Shown: positions 32,395-43,539 of the stretch, piece after piece
Numbering within the stretch: the first letter of the stretch is position 1
How the letters are laid out: each line of letters begins with the position of its first letter
Origin: an uncultured delta proteobacterium
GTDB lineage: Bacteria > Myxococcota > Myxococcia > Myxococcales > Anaeromyxobacteraceae
NCBI GenBank assembly: GCA_963845515.1
Contig: CAWJSR010000045.1
Coordinates: forward strand, 1-64,000
Direction: 5' to 3'
Length of the DNA stretch: 64,000 nt
The notes under the pieces: model-generated
What the model was told of the DNA's origin: nothing
What the model saw: the letters and a program-made list of their open reading frames with translations, nothing else
Database searches by the model: none
Translations under genes and position numbers: made by a program

Positions 32395-32463
32395 ACGGTC
32401 CGAGAGGAGCGCCCCTCGTCTGGCGGGTTGCCGCCGCATGGCGCCGTGGGTACAACGTCATGC

Positions 32464-32748
32464 ATGGCTGGGAAGAAGATGAAGACGGGTGACCTGACGA
32501 TTCGGCTCACGGCCGAGGAGCGGCGTGGCATCGAGAAGGCGGCCGAGGCCGTTCATCTGCCGGTCTCCACGTGGCTTCGCCAGCTGGCACTGCAGGAGGC
32601 CGCGCGCCTTCGCGAGAGCGAGGAGCTGAAGGCGAGGCGAATGGAGTCGTGGGTTCGGCTGCGGAAGGTGCTCTGGAGCCTGCCGGCCGACGACGCCCAC
32701 GCCGACGAGGTCGAACGCGCGCGCCGCGATGACTGGGGACGGCGTTGA
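32464..32748 (+). CDS. RHH-type antitoxin
   Basis: LTIRLTAEERRGIEKAAEAVHLPVSTWLRQLAL. TTGCCG-17-TACAAC at 32428-32456, ending 7 nt before the ATG (leaderless-like). Confidence 0.78.
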   Translation: MAGKKMKTGDLTIRLTAEERRGIEKAAEAVHLPVSTWLRQLALQEAARLRESEELKARRMESWVRLRKVLWSLPADDAHADEVERARRDDWGRR

Positions 32749-33132
32749 GCCGGGTCCTGGTCGACACGTCGGTCTTCATCGAGACCGAGCGGCGCAACCT
32801 GCAGGCGCTAGAGCGTCTCGACGAGCTGATGGACGAGGGCCCGGTCCCCGTCTCGGTGGTCACGGTGGTCGAGCTGCTCGCGAGCCCCACGCTGTCGGCC
32901 GAACGGCGCCGCTTTTACGTCGACTTCTTCGCGGCGCAGGTCGAGGTGCTGCCCGCCAGCGCGGCGGGCGCCGTCGCGGGGCTCGACGCAGCCCTCGCGG
33001 CCGGCGGCGGCCCGCGCGCCAGACATCCTGATAGCCGGGACGGCGCTCGAGCACGGCCTGAAGGTGCTGACGGCGGACGCCGGCCTGGCGAGGCTGCTTG
33101 GGCCCGCGGCGGAGCTGTTGCGGGCGTCGTGA
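32745..33132 (+). CDS. PIN-domain (VapC-like) toxin; frameshift near 33020
   Basis: VLVDTSVFIE, SVVTVVELL, then in the shifted frame DILIAGTALEHGLKVLTAD...LLRAS*. Confidence 0.82.
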
Positions 33133-33159
33133 GCCCGGTGGGGACGCAGCGCCGCTACG

Positions 33160-33628
33160 TCACGGCCACGGCGTCACGACGATGAAGAGGGCGACGCCGT
33201 CCTTCTCCTTCGCGACCTGGTGGACGATCCGCTGCCCCTTCTCGATCGTCACGCGCGACTGCGTGTTCTTCTGCGCCATCGCCACCTCGATCGTGACGAT
33301 GTCTGCCGCGGACCTCGACGACCGAGAGGGCGGCCTGGCCGCCGTCCGGCAGGTCTATGAAGGTCGACCGCCCCTGCGCGAGCGACGGGGTCTGATCCGA
33401 GACGAGCTCCCACCGCTGCCACGCCAGCGCCGAGACCTGCTTGCGCACGTCCTCCAGCCTGGGGTCGATCTGCGCCGGCGCGGCGCGCGACGCCTTCGCC
33501 ACGCGCACGCGGGCCGGGACGCCGTCGGCCGCCGCGGCGGCGCGCGGGGCGAGCAGCGCCATCGCCAGGGCGAACCCCGCGACCACGGCTCGAATGGGCT
33601 GGACCTTCCCCGGCTGGATCATTTGCAT
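33160..33628 (-). CDS. Hypothetical exported protein, third gene of the ECF operon; frameshift near 33305
   Basis: Signal peptide (..APRAAAAA-D), IDPRLEDVRKQ. The shifted frame continues DIVTIEVAMAQKNTQSRVTIEKG...LFIVVTPWP*. Confidence 0.62.
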
Positions 33629-33632
33629 CCCC

Positions 33633-34095
33633 TCACTCCGTGTCGCCCATCAGGACGACGGGTCCCTGATCGGTCTTCAGCACCATCGTCACGCCGCAGT
33701 CCGACGTCAACTCGAAGAGGTGCGGCTGCTGCCCGGGGGACGGCGTCCCCGCCTGAAAATAGACGACCAGTGCGGCGGCCGCAAAGGCCGGGACGATCGC
33801 CGAGATGGCGGCGCGCACCCGGTGGTGCGACACCCAGTCGAAGACCCGGCCGCGACGGTTGTGGCGGCGCGCCACCCGCGCCATGACGGCGTCGGTGAAC
33901 GGCGCGAAGTCGCGCTCGGCCGCCCTGGCCAGGAGCCCCTCGGCGAGGAGCCCGTCCGTGGCCAGGAAGGTCGCGTGGAGCGCCCTGCACTCCACGCAGT
34001 CGTCGAGGTGGCGCGCGAGCGCGGCGGCGTCCGCGGCCGTCGAGCTCGCCCGGCCTGGCGGTGAGCATCGGTGCGAAGCGAGTGCACTCGCTCAT
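33633..34095 (-). CDS. Zinc-finger (HxxxCxxC) membrane anti-sigma factor; frameshifted near 34030-34065
   Basis: MSECTRFAPML...ARHLDDCVEC, one TM segment (AAISAIVPAFAAAALVVYF). ATGA overlap with the sigma gene. Confidence 0.78.
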
Positions 34096-34724
34096 GATCC
34101 GCTCCCTCCCCTCTCCCGTTCCTCGTCCTGCCCGCCGCCGGGCTTCATGCCGGCGTAGTCGGCGAGCAGCACCTGCATCTTCTTCCTCGCGTGGAAGAGC
34201 CGGCTCATCACCGTGCCCTTCTGGATCCCGAGCCGCTCGGCCAGCTCCTCGTAGGAGAGCCCCTCCAGCTCGCGCAGCACCAGGATCTCGCGGTGGATCT
34301 CGGGCAGCTCCGACAGCGCCGCCTCCATCCGCCCCGCCAGCTCGCGGCGGAGCGCGTTGTCCCCCGGGTCCAGCCCGAGCGGCGTCGAGAGGATCCCCTC
34401 GCCGCCGCCCTGCAGCTGCGCCTCGGGGACGTCTTCGACCGAGTCCTTGAGCGTCCGGCGCTCGCGCCGCACGGAGTCGATGGAGAGGTGGCTCGTGATC
34501 CGGAACAGCCACTTCACGAAGGCCTCCTCACCCTCCAGCTCGGCGAGGTGGCCGTGGGCGCGCACGAAGGCCTCCTGGGCGACGTCCCAGGCGGTGTCTG
34601 TGTCTCGTACGATGCCGAGCGCCACGGCGTAGACCTTCCTCTGGTAGCGGACGACGAGGGCCTGGAAAGCCCGGTCATCCCCGGCTCGCGCCCTTCGAAC
34701 CAGCGAAAGATCGTCCGCTTCCAT
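34092..34724 (-). CDS. ECF sigma-70 factor
   Basis: AFQALVVRYQ, AWDVAQEAF, WLFRI (region 2); LVLRELEGLSYEELA..GTVMSRLFHARKK (region 4). Confidence 0.93.
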   Translation of the reverse strand: MEADDLSLVRRARAGDDRAFQALVVRYQRKVYAVALGIVRDTDTAWDVAQEAFVRAHGHLAELEGEEAFVKWLFRITSHLSIDSVRRERRTLKDSVEDVPEAQLQGGGEGILSTPLGLDPGDNALRRELAGRMEAALSELPEIHREILVLRELEGLSYEELAERLGIQKGTVMSRLFHARKKMQVLLADYAGMKPGGGQDEERERGGSGS

Positions 34725-34834
34725 CGACCGAGACGCTTCTCCTGTGACGTTATTCACTCCGGCGGGAGGGCACGGTAGCACGCCCGCCTCGCGGGGTGGG
34801 ATGCGGGCGGTTAGAGGGTTATTCTCCGTTCCCG

Positions 34835-37800
34835 ATGACCGTGGGATACGCCGAGATCGTCCGGGTGCTGGATGGCGCGAGGGGACGGCTCGTCCGGATC
34901 CTCGTCGGCGCCGCCACGCTCCGCGCGCTCGCCCAGGTGGTGGGCTGCCTCCTTGGGGGGGCCATGGGGCTGGCGGCCGGCGCCCGGATCGGCTTCGCGC
35001 GCCCCGTCACGCTCCTGGGCATGGCGATCGCCGTCGCGCTCGAGGCGTGGCGTTCGGTCCGCACCCTGCGGCTGGCGCGAAGCCCTGCCGCCGTCGCCCG
35101 CACCCTCACCGAGTCGGACGGCCCGCTCCGCTCCGCGGTCGTCTCCGCCGTGGAGCTGGGACGCGACCGCGGCCAGCTCGAGGCGTCCGGCCGCTTCTCG
35201 ATCGCGCTCCTCGATGCCCACGTGGAGCGGAGCGCGCGGTCCCTCGCCGCCGTCGACCTCCGCAGCGCACTCCCCGACCGCCCCGTCCGGCGCGCTGCGG
35301 CCGCACTGGGCGCGGTCCTGGGCGTCACGCTCCTCTCCGTCGCGATCGCCCCCTCCGCCGGTCGGCGGCGGGCTCCGGCGGATCCTCGCCGGCGATCCGG
35401 CGGCCTCGCGCCTCGCGCTCGACCCGATCACCGGCGACATCGAGCTGACGCTCCGCTACCCGGCATACATGAAGCGCGAGGCGAAATCGCTCTCCGGCAC
35501 CGGCGGCGAGATCCGCGCGCCGAAGGGGACCGAGGTCGAGCTGAAGACACGCGCCGACCGGCCAGTGAAGGGGGCGGAGCTCGAGGTGGAGCGGGCTGAA
35601 GGCGCCCCCTCACCCTCACCCTCTCCCCCGGTGGGGGAGAGGGGAGCGATCCCCCTGAAGGTTCCGCTCGCCGTCGCCGCCGAGCGTCAGCTCTCCGGCC
35701 GCTTCCTCGTCGCGGGGGCCGGCGCCTACCGGTTCCGCTTCCTCGACGGCCGGGGCCGCGCCGTCGCCGAGGGGCCGCCCATCCCGATCATCGTCGAGGC
35801 CGACGCCTTCCCGGAGGTCCGGATCACCGCGCCGGCACAGGAGGTCGAGGTGCAGCCCGGCGCCACCGTCAAGGTGGAGTGGCAGGCCTCCGACGACGTG
35901 GGGCTCGGCGAGCTCTCGCTCGTCTTGAAGGCGGCGGGCGGGCCGGAGCGGCGCACGCCGCTGCGCAGGTTCGAGGGGGCCCGGCGCGACGGCGGCGCCT
36001 TCGACCTGGACCTGGTGCCGCTCGCGCTGGGCGAAGGTGAGCGGCTCCTCTACTGGCTCGAGGCGACCGATGGCGACGCCGTCTCCGGACCCAAGAAGGG
36101 CGCGAGCGCCACCCACGTCGTGAAGATCTACAGCGAGGCGGAGCACCGCCGGAAGCTGATGGAGGCGGTCCGCGCCGCGTGGGAGGAGCTGGTCGGCGTG
36201 ACCGGCGACCACCTCGAGCTGGTCGCGCGCGGCAAGCTCCACACGGCGCAGCTGCTCCCGCTCGCCGAGGCGCTCGACGGCCGCGTCGCGCGCGTCCACG
36301 GGCGGCTGCGCGAGCTGGCGGCGACCATCCGCAAGGAGAAGGCCGGGCCGAAGGAGCTCGCCCGGGGGCTGGAGAACGCCGCCGGCTCGATCCGGCTCGC
36401 GGCGCAGCGGGTCAGCTCCACGCGCCAGACGCTCGCGCGGATGCTCCGCGAGGGGAAGCCCGCCGACGCGGGGCTCGCGTCGATGACCCGCCACTTCGAC
36501 GACCAGCTCGACGCCGAGCTGGAGCGCGCCATCCTCTATCTCGAGCAGCTCCTCGACAGGCAGCAGTCCCAGGACCTGGTGGAGATGGCGCGGGACCTCG
36601 CGAAGTCACGGCGCGACCTGGCAGACCTGCTCGACAAGTACCGGCGCGCGCCGAACGACGACGCGAGGCAGGAGCTGGTGGCGAGGATCTCGCGGATGAA
36701 GGAGCGGATGAACGACCTCCTCCGGCGCATGGCGGAGCAGGCCAAGGGGCTCTCCGACGAGCACATGAACCAGGACGCGCTCGCGGAGCTGGCGAAGTCG
36801 AAGGACGTCGCCGGCGGGCTCGACGCGGTGGAGGAGGCGCTCGCGCGCGGCGACGTCGAGGCGGCCATGAAGGCGCTCGACGAGATGGGCTCGGCGATGG
36901 ACGAGATGGTCGCCGGGCTGGAGCGGACGGCGGGGATGCCGTCCGAGAAGAACCGCGAGCTGGTGAAGGAGCTGCGGGAGTTCAAGAAGGAGCTGGACGG
37001 CCTGAGGGCGGACCAGCGGAAGCTCGGCGACGAGACGGAGAAGCTCCGCGAGGCGTGGCGCCAGCGGATGGCGGAGAAGATGAAGGACGCGGAGAAGGTC
37101 GCGTCCCGCCTCGAGCGGCTGGCGAAGGAGGCGGCCGACGCGGCCCGCGCGGCGGAGAAGGGGGCCCCCCGCCGCGCGCAGATCGACCTCGAGAACGCGC
37201 GGGAGGGGCTCGACGACGTGAAGCGGGCCCTCGCCGCGCGCGACATGCCCGCGGCGCTCGACGCCGCCCGCCAGGCGCTCGGTCCCGCGAGCCGGACCGC
37301 CATGATCCTGGAGGAGGAGGCGCAGATCGCCGAGCGGTACCAGGCGGCCGGCAGGAAGGACGCCGCGGAGGTCCGCGAGGCGCAGCGCCAGGCGGCCTCG
37401 GCGGTCCAGAAGGCCGACGCCATCCGGAGGGAGCTGGAGGGGCTCCTCCCGGATCCGGGCAAGCTCCTGTCGAAGGAGGAGCGGCAGCGGCTGGCGCAGC
37501 AGGGTCAGCGGCAGCAGGGGCTCGACCAGCGCGCCAGCGGCCTGCAGGGGAAGCTGTCCCAGCTCCAGGAGAAGGCGCCGATCTTCCCGCCGTCGGCGCA
37601 GGGGGCCATCGGCGAGGCGCGCGGCCACATGGGGCAGGCCTCCGGGGAGCTGCAGGGTGGCAACGTCCAGCGCGGCCGGGCCGAGCAGTCGGCTGCGCTG
37701 GAGGGGCTCGACCGCTTCGCGAAGGGGCTGGAGCAGATGGCCAAGGGCGGCGGCGCGGGCGGCGGCTTCCCGCTGCCGTTCGGCGCGGAGGGGATGGGCC

Positions 37801-37973
37801 AGGAGTCGGGCGACGGCCAGGACCCCTCGGCCGAGAAGGTGGAGATCCCCGGCGCGGAGGCGTGGCGCGGCCCTGCCGAGTTCCGGAAGGACCTGCTCGA
37901 CGCCATGAAGCAGGGGACGCCGCAGCGGTACGAGGGCGAAGTGAAGCGCTACTACGAGGAGCTGGTGAAATGA
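34835..37973 (+). CDS. DUF4175-like large membrane-anchored Ig + coiled-coil protein; frameshift near 35360
   Basis: N-terminal TM helices, SAVELG, YPAYM, ASDDVGLG, long Q/E/K/R-rich helical region, C-terminal VKRYYEEL. Confidence 0.72.
35605..35644 (+). repeat. BoxC-like palindrome inside the DUF4175-like CDS
   Basis: ccccctcaccctcaccctctcccccggtgggggagagggg, translated as PSPSPSPPVGERG. Confidence 0.85.
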
Positions 37974-39301
37974 TCGCCGCCCTGCTCGCCCTCACGCTCG
38001 CCGCCCCGGCGCTCGATCCCGTCGCCGCCGGCGTCGAGCTGACGAAGGGCTGGACCGTCGTCGAGGGCACGCGCTTCACCGTCGTCCACCCGCCCGGGAA
38101 GGACGAGATCCTCGTCCCCTATCTCCTGGAGACGCTCGAGGCCCAGCGCGCGGCCATCGAGCGCGAGCTCGGGATAGAGGTCCCGGGGAAGGTCCGCGTC
38201 GAGATCCTCGACGGCGTCCGGTCGCTCGCGCGCCTCACCGGCCTCACCGAGGCCGAGATCCGCACCTCCGGCACCGTCGCGGTCGCGAAGTACGACAAGC
38301 TGATGATCCTGTCGCCCCGCCTCCTCGTGAAGGGGTACGACTGGCTCGACACCGCCGCCCACGAGTACGTCCACCACGCCGTCACCCTCCGCACGCACGA
38401 CCGGATGCCGGTCTGGCTCCACGAGGGGATCGCCAAGTGGTCCGAGACGCTCTGGCGCGGGAAGGGGGGAGAGTCCTGGAGCCCGTACTCCGCCGCGATC
38501 CTGGAGGCGGCCATCCAGAAGAAGAAGCTCGTCACCTTCGAGGAGATCCACCCCTCGATCGCGAAGCTCTCCGCGGACCGCGCGACGCTCGCCTTCGCCG
38601 AGGTGCTGCTGGCGGTGGAGCACCTCGTCCAGCAGGGCGGCCCCGGGGCGCTCCCGAACGTCATCGCGCTGGTCGCCGAGGGGAAGGACGCGCGCGACGC
38701 GATCGCCCTGGCCACCCACCGCCCCTGGCCGCAGTTCGAGGCGGGCTGGCGCGCCCACATGGCCGCGCGTCCGATGCCGCGCGGCGGTGAGCGCGAGCGG
38801 ATCCGGCTGCGCTTCCGCGACGACCCGAAGCAGGCCTCCGGCTGGTCCGAGTGGGCCGAGATCCCCGACGAGCGGGCGCGCGGCTTCGCCCGGCTCGGCC
38901 AGATCTTCCGCGAGCGCGGCAAGTGGGTCGCGGCGCGGGTCGAGTACCGCAAGGGCTACGAGCGCGTCGGGCCGAAGTGGGCCGTCCTCGCGGACCAGTA
39001 CGCGCTCGCCACGATGATGAGCGGCGACGACGCGGGGGCCGAGCAGATCCTCTCCGAGGCGCTCCGCCACAGCCCCGGCTACGCCGCCCTCCACGTCCAC
39101 CTCGCCCGCGTGCTCCTGAAGCAGGGCAAGTTCGCCGTCGCGCGCGACCAGCTCATCCTCGCCAACCGCGAGGATCCCTTCGACCCCGAGATCCACGCCG
39201 GCCTCGCGAAGGCCCTCGGCGCGCTCTCCGACCCGACCGGCGCCTCGCGCGAGGAGCGCTTCGCGCGGATACTGGCGGGCCAGGGGCCCCAGCACCCCTA
39301 A
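37970..39301 (+). CDS. Exported peptidase MA-like zinc metalloprotease with C-terminal TPRs
   Basis: Signal peptide, [17 protein letters not shown]-like helices. ATGA coupling to the upstream gene. Confidence 0.8.
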   Translation: MIAALLALTLAAPALDPVAAGVELTKGWTVVEGTRFTVVHPPGKDEILVPYLLETLEAQRAAIERELGIEVPGKVRVEILDGVRSLARLTGLTEAEIRTSGTVAVAKYDKLMILSPRLLVKGYDWLDTAAHEYVHHAVTLRTHDRMPVWLHEGIAKWSETLWRGKGGESWSPYSAAILEAAIQKKKLVTFEEIHPSIAKLSADRATLAFAEVLLAVEHLVQQGGPGALPNVIALVAEGKDARDAIALATHRPWPQFEAGWRAHMAARPMPRGGERERIRLRFRDDPKQASGWSEWAEIPDERARGFARLGQIFRERGKWVAARVEYRKGYERVGPKWAVLADQYALATMMSGDDAGAEQILSEALRHSPGYAALHVHLARVLLKQGKFAVARDQLILANREDPFDPEIHAGLAKALGALSDPTGASREERFARILAGQGPQHP

Positions 39302-39329
39302 GAGACCTCAGAGAGACCTCAGGACCCCA

Positions 39330-40346
39330 ATGAACCCCATCGACGCCACCACTCCGATCCCCGCCGACGACCTCGCCGCCGTAGAGGCCCTCGCGCATGC
39401 CCGGGCTTCGCTGCTCGCCGAGATCGGCAAGCGCATCGTCGGCCAGCAGCAGGTCGTCGACTCGCTCCTCGTCGCCCTCTTCGCGCGCGGCCACTGCCTC
39501 TTCGTCGGGGTGCCGGGGCTCGCGAAGACGCTCCTCATCTCCACCGTCGCCGAGGTGCTCGACCTCTCCTTCAACCGGATCCAGTTCACCCCGGACCTCA
39601 TGCCGTCGGACATCACGGGCACCGACGTCCTGGAGGAGGACCACACGACCGGCAAGCGGGCCTTCAGGTTCGTGCGCGGGCCGATCTTCGCCAACCTCCT
39701 CCTCGCAGACGAGATCAACCGGACGCCGCCGAAGACGCAGGCGGCCCTCCTCCAGGCGATGCAGGAGTACCGGGTCACCGCTGGCGGCGAGACCTATCCG
39801 CTCGACCTCCCCTTCCTCGTCTTCGCCACGCAGAATCCCATCGAGCAGGAGGGCACCTACCCGCTCCCCGAGGCCCAGCTCGACCGGTTCATGTTCTACG
39901 TGACGGTCGACTACCCGAGCGCCGCCGACGAGGAGGAGATCGTCCGCTCCACGACGGTCGCGGCGCGGGCGAGGCTGACGCGCATCCTCTCGCCGGCACG
40001 GATCCGCGAGCTGCAGGAGCTCGTCCTCCGGGTGCCGGCGGCCGACCACGTCGTGAAGTACGCCGTGGAGCTGGTGCGAAAGACCCGCCCCGCCGATCCG
40101 GCCGCCCCCGCCTTCGTGAAGGAGAACGTCTCCTGGGGCGCGGGGCCGCGCGCCAGCCAGTACCTGATCCTCGGCGCGAAGAGCCGCGCCATCCTCGACG
40201 GCCGGATGGCGGCGAGCGTCGAGGACGTCCGGGCGCTCGCGCGCAACGTCCTCGTCCACCGCGTCCTCACCAACTTCCGCGCCGAGAGCGAGGGGATGAC
40301 GAGCGCGAGGATCGTCGACCGGCTGCTGGAGGAGACGCCGGCGTGA
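39330..40346 (+). CDS. moxR: MoxR-family AAA+ ATPase
   Basis: [63 protein letters not shown]. Confidence 0.95.
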   Translation: MNPIDATTPIPADDLAAVEALAHARASLLAEIGKRIVGQQQVVDSLLVALFARGHCLFVGVPGLAKTLLISTVAEVLDLSFNRIQFTPDLMPSDITGTDVLEEDHTTGKRAFRFVRGPIFANLLLADEINRTPPKTQAALLQAMQEYRVTAGGETYPLDLPFLVFATQNPIEQEGTYPLPEAQLDRFMFYVTVDYPSAADEEEIVRSTTVAARARLTRILSPARIRELQELVLRVPAADHVVKYAVELVRKTRPADPAAPAFVKENVSWGAGPRASQYLILGAKSRAILDGRMAASVEDVRALARNVLVHRVLTNFRAESEGMTSARIVDRLLEETPA

Positions 40347-41242
40347 ACGGCCGCGGCCTCCTCGACCCGGCCGTCCTCGCCAAGCTCGGCGGCCTGAAGC
40401 TGCGCGTCAGGGCGATCACCGAGGGCGTGCTCACCGGCCTCCACCGCTCGCCCCACCACGGCCAGTCGGTCGAGTTCGCCGAGCACCGCGAGTACTCGCC
40501 TGGCGACGAGCTGCGCCACGTCGACTGGAAGGCCTACGCCCGCTTCGACAAGTACTACGTGAAGCGCTACGAGCAGGAGACCAACCTCCGCGCGCACCTG
40601 GTCGTCGACGCCTCCGGCTCGATGGGCTTCCGCGGCGCCGAGGACCGGCTCACCAAGCTCGAGTACGCGAGCGCGCTCGCCGCCAGCATGGCCTGGCTCC
40701 TCGTCCGGCAGCAGGACGCGGCCGGCCTGGTCCTCGCGAGCGATCGGGTGGTGCGCGCCATCGCGCCCCGCGCCGCCCCCAGCCACGTCTCGAACGTGGT
40801 CGAGGCGCTGGAGCAGGCGGTCCCGGCGGGCGAGACGCGGCTGGGCGTCGCCCTGGACTGGCTGGTCGAGAACGCCCGGCGGCGCTCGACGGTCGCCGTC
40901 TTCTCCGACCTGCTCGACGCCGACCCCGACCTCATGAGGCGGATCGCCCAGCTCGCGAAGCGCAAGCACGAGGTGACCCTCTTCCACGTCCTCGACCCTG
41001 CGGAGCTGGACTTCCCGTACGACGACCCGACCCTCTTCACGTCGATGGAGGACGGCCGCTCGGTCGAGGCGACGGGGCGCGACGTCCGGCGCGGCTACCT
41101 CGAGGAGCTGGGGAGCTGGCTCGCCGGCCTCCGGCGCGCCGCCGCGGAGGCGGACGTCGACTACGCCCTCTGCCGCACCGACGCGCCCCTCGACGAGGTG
41201 CTGCTCCCCTTCATCGCCCGTCGCGCGCGAAGCGCCGCATGA
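40343..41242 (+). CDS. DUF58 (vWA-like) MoxR partner
   Basis: [44 protein letters not shown]. Confidence 0.92.
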   Translation: MNGRGLLDPAVLAKLGGLKLRVRAITEGVLTGLHRSPHHGQSVEFAEHREYSPGDELRHVDWKAYARFDKYYVKRYEQETNLRAHLVVDASGSMGFRGAEDRLTKLEYASALAASMAWLLVRQQDAAGLVLASDRVVRAIAPRAAPSHVSNVVEALEQAVPAGETRLGVALDWLVENARRRSTVAVFSDLLDADPDLMRRIAQLAKRKHEVTLFHVLDPAELDFPYDDPTLFTSMEDGRSVEATGRDVRRGYLEELGSWLAGLRRAAAEADVDYALCRTDAPLDEVLLPFIARRARSAA

Positions 41243-43404
41243 ACCTCCAGCTCGTGAACCCCGCCCTCCTATGGGGGCTGCTCGCCGCGACCCTGCCGCT
41301 GGTCGTCCACCTGCTCTTCCGCCGCCGCGCGCGGCCGCTCGCCTTCCCGGCCATCGACTTCATCCTCCGCGCCCGCCGCCAGACCGAGCGGCGGCTGCGG
41401 CTCAAGCGGATCCTCCTCTTCACCGCCCGGACGCTCGTCCTCGCCGCGATCGCGGCCGCCATCGCCCGGCCGAAGCTGGAGTCGCCGGCGGCGGCGGCCG
41501 AGGCGCCGCGCGGGCCGTCGGCGGTCGCGGTGGTCCTCGACGCCTCCGCCTCCATGGGCTACCGGCTCGGGGGCCGGACGCTCTTCGAGCGGGCGAAGGC
41601 CGACGCGGCCGAGGCGCTCGCGTCTCTCTCCGCAGAGGAGCCGGCGACGCTGCTCCTCTGCGGTCCGGTCCCCGCGCCGCCCGAGCCGCCCGGGTTCGAC
41701 AAGGCCGCGGTGCGCCGCGTCCTCGACGCGGCCGAGCCGACCGCCGCCTTCGCCGACCTCACGGCCTGCGTCGGCGCCGCGGCGCAGGCGCTCTCAGGCA
41801 GCGAGGCGCAGGCGGCCATGGGGAAGCGGATCATCGTGGCGACCGACCTGACGCGCGCCGCGTGGCGGCTCGACCAGCCGCCGCCGATGGTGCGCGGCCC
41901 GGCCGGCCCGGTGCGCCCCGAGGTGGTGGTGCTCGACGCGGCCCGCGGCGCGGCGCTGCCCAACGTCGCCATCACCGCGGTCGACGCACAGCCAGATCCG
42001 TCGGTCGGGCCGCGCGGCTACAGGTTCGCGGTGGAGCTGTCGAACGCCGGGGCCGAGCCGCTTCGCGACCTCGCGCTCCAGGTCCGCGTCGGCTCCGGCG
42101 GCGACGCCAAGACTGCGCTCCGCGCCTTCGCCGACGTGCCGGCGGGGGCGTCGGCGAGGAAGTCGGTCGCCCACGCCTTCCCGCAGGGCGGTCCCACGCC
42201 CGTGGTCCTCTCGGTCCCCGAGGACGCGCTCCCGCTGGACGACACGCGGGCGCTGCTCCTCGACGTCCCCCGAGAGGTCCGGGCGCTCGTGGTGGACGGG
42301 GCGCCGTCGCCGATCAAGCTGCGCGACGAGGCCTGGTTCGTCGAGGCTGCGCTCGCCTCACCGGCGTCGCCGGTCCGCCCGAGGCTCATCGACGGCGAGG
42401 CGCTCGCCACCGAGGACCTGTCCGGCTACGACGTCGTCTTCCTCCTGAACGTGCGCGCGCCGGGGTCGAAGGCGGCCGAGCTGCGCCGGCTCGTGGAGCG
42501 CGGAGGAGGGCTCTTCATCGCGCTCGGCGACCAGGTCGACCCCGACGGGTACGGCGAGGAGCTGGGGGACCTGCTCCCGCTCCAGCTCCACCTCGTGAAG
42601 ACCGCGGTCGAGCGCGGCGCGGCAGGTGCCGAGACGCGCGCCGCCCACGTCGGCGAGGTGGCGTGGGAGCACCCGGCCTTCGCGGTGTTCCAGGGGGACG
42701 CGCGCGAGGGGCTCCTGGGCGCCCGCTTCTTCCGCTACGTCCTGACCCGGCCAGCGAGCCGGAAGGCGGGGGGGTTGGAGGCACCGCGGGTGCTCGCCGC
42801 CTTCGACGACGGCGCGCCGGCGCTGGTCGAGGCCCGCCGCGGCGCAGGGCGCGTCCTGCTCTTCACCTCCTCCGCCGACCGCGACTGGAACGACTGGCCG
42901 ATCCGGACGAGCTTCCTCCCGTCGATGCAGCGCTTCGCGGCCCTGCTCGCGGGGGCGCTGGAGGAGCGGCGCGAGCCCCCGACCATCGTGGGGACGGAGA
43001 AGAGGATCCTGCTCGGCGAGGGGCGCAAGGTCGCGGCGCTGGTCGGACCGGACGGGCGGGAGCGGCGGGGCTCGCTGCTCACGGCCGATGGGCTCGTCGG
43101 CGGCACGGGAGAGGCCCGGCTCCGGCCGCGCGTCCCCGGTCTCTGGCAGGTGAAGGTGGCCGACCGGACCGGCGAGCGGCTCGACCCGAAGCTCTCCTTC
43201 GCCGTCTGGGCCGACCCGCGTGAGTCGGATACGCGGAGGCTGGCCGACGGCGAGCTGACCGCCTGGCTCGGCGGCGCGAAGGTGGCGCGCGTCGAAGGGG
43301 AGGGCGGCAAGACCACCGGGGGGCCGGCCTTCCCGCTCTGGTCGATCCTGTTGCTGCTCGGCCTGGTCGCCTTCGTGACGGAGGGTGTGCTTGTGTCGAC
43401 GTGA
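41239..43404 (+). CDS. BatA N-terminal / vWA domain membrane protein
   Basis: NPALLWGLLAATLPLVVHLL..RR...FP, AIARP, DASASM MIDAS motif, GATase-like region, C-terminal TM. Confidence 0.85.
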   Translation: MNLQLVNPALLWGLLAATLPLVVHLLFRRRARPLAFPAIDFILRARRQTERRLRLKRILLFTARTLVLAAIAAAIARPKLESPAAAAEAPRGPSAVAVVLDASASMGYRLGGRTLFERAKADAAEALASLSAEEPATLLLCGPVPAPPEPPGFDKAAVRRVLDAAEPTAAFADLTACVGAAAQALSGSEAQAAMGKRIIVATDLTRAAWRLDQPPPMVRGPAGPVRPEVVVLDAARGAALPNVAITAVDAQPDPSVGPRGYRFAVELSNAGAEPLRDLALQVRVGSGGDAKTALRAFADVPAGASARKSVAHAFPQGGPTPVVLSVPEDALPLDDTRALLLDVPREVRALVVDGAPSPIKLRDEAWFVEAALASPASPVRPRLIDGEALATEDLSGYDVVFLLNVRAPGSKAAELRRLVERGGGLFIALGDQVDPDGYGEELGDLLPLQLHLVKTAVERGAAGAETRAAHVGEVAWEHPAFAVFQGDAREGLLGARFFRYVLTRPASRKAGGLEAPRVLAAFDDGAPALVEARRGAGRVLLFTSSADRDWNDWPIRTSFLPSMQRFAALLAGALEERREPPTIVGTEKRILLGEGRKVAALVGPDGRERRGSLLTADGLVGGTGEARLRPRVPGLWQVKVADRTGERLDPKLSFAVWADPRESDTRRLADGELTAWLGGAKVARVEGEGGKTTGGPAFPLWSILLLLGLVAFVTEGVLVST

Positions 43405-43539
43405 GCGTCACCCGGCGGCGATCCGGGTGCGCGCGACGGCCGCAGCGCCCAGTCGAACTGCCGCATGCCCATCCGGGCTCGGAGTCGGCGCGCTCGAGCA
43501 CCACACGCGGGACGGAAGACGTCGTAGGATCCTCGCCCC

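Noticed and set aside
34103..34120. ctccctcccctctccc resembling the BoxC-like repeat
   Set aside because: No complementary arm. It encodes the sigma factor tail and the purine-rich RBS of the anti-sigma gene on the minus strand.
39301..39322. Short tandem repeat agagacctcag x2 before moxR
   Set aside because: Only two units and no other copies seen, so it is probably a local slippage duplication.
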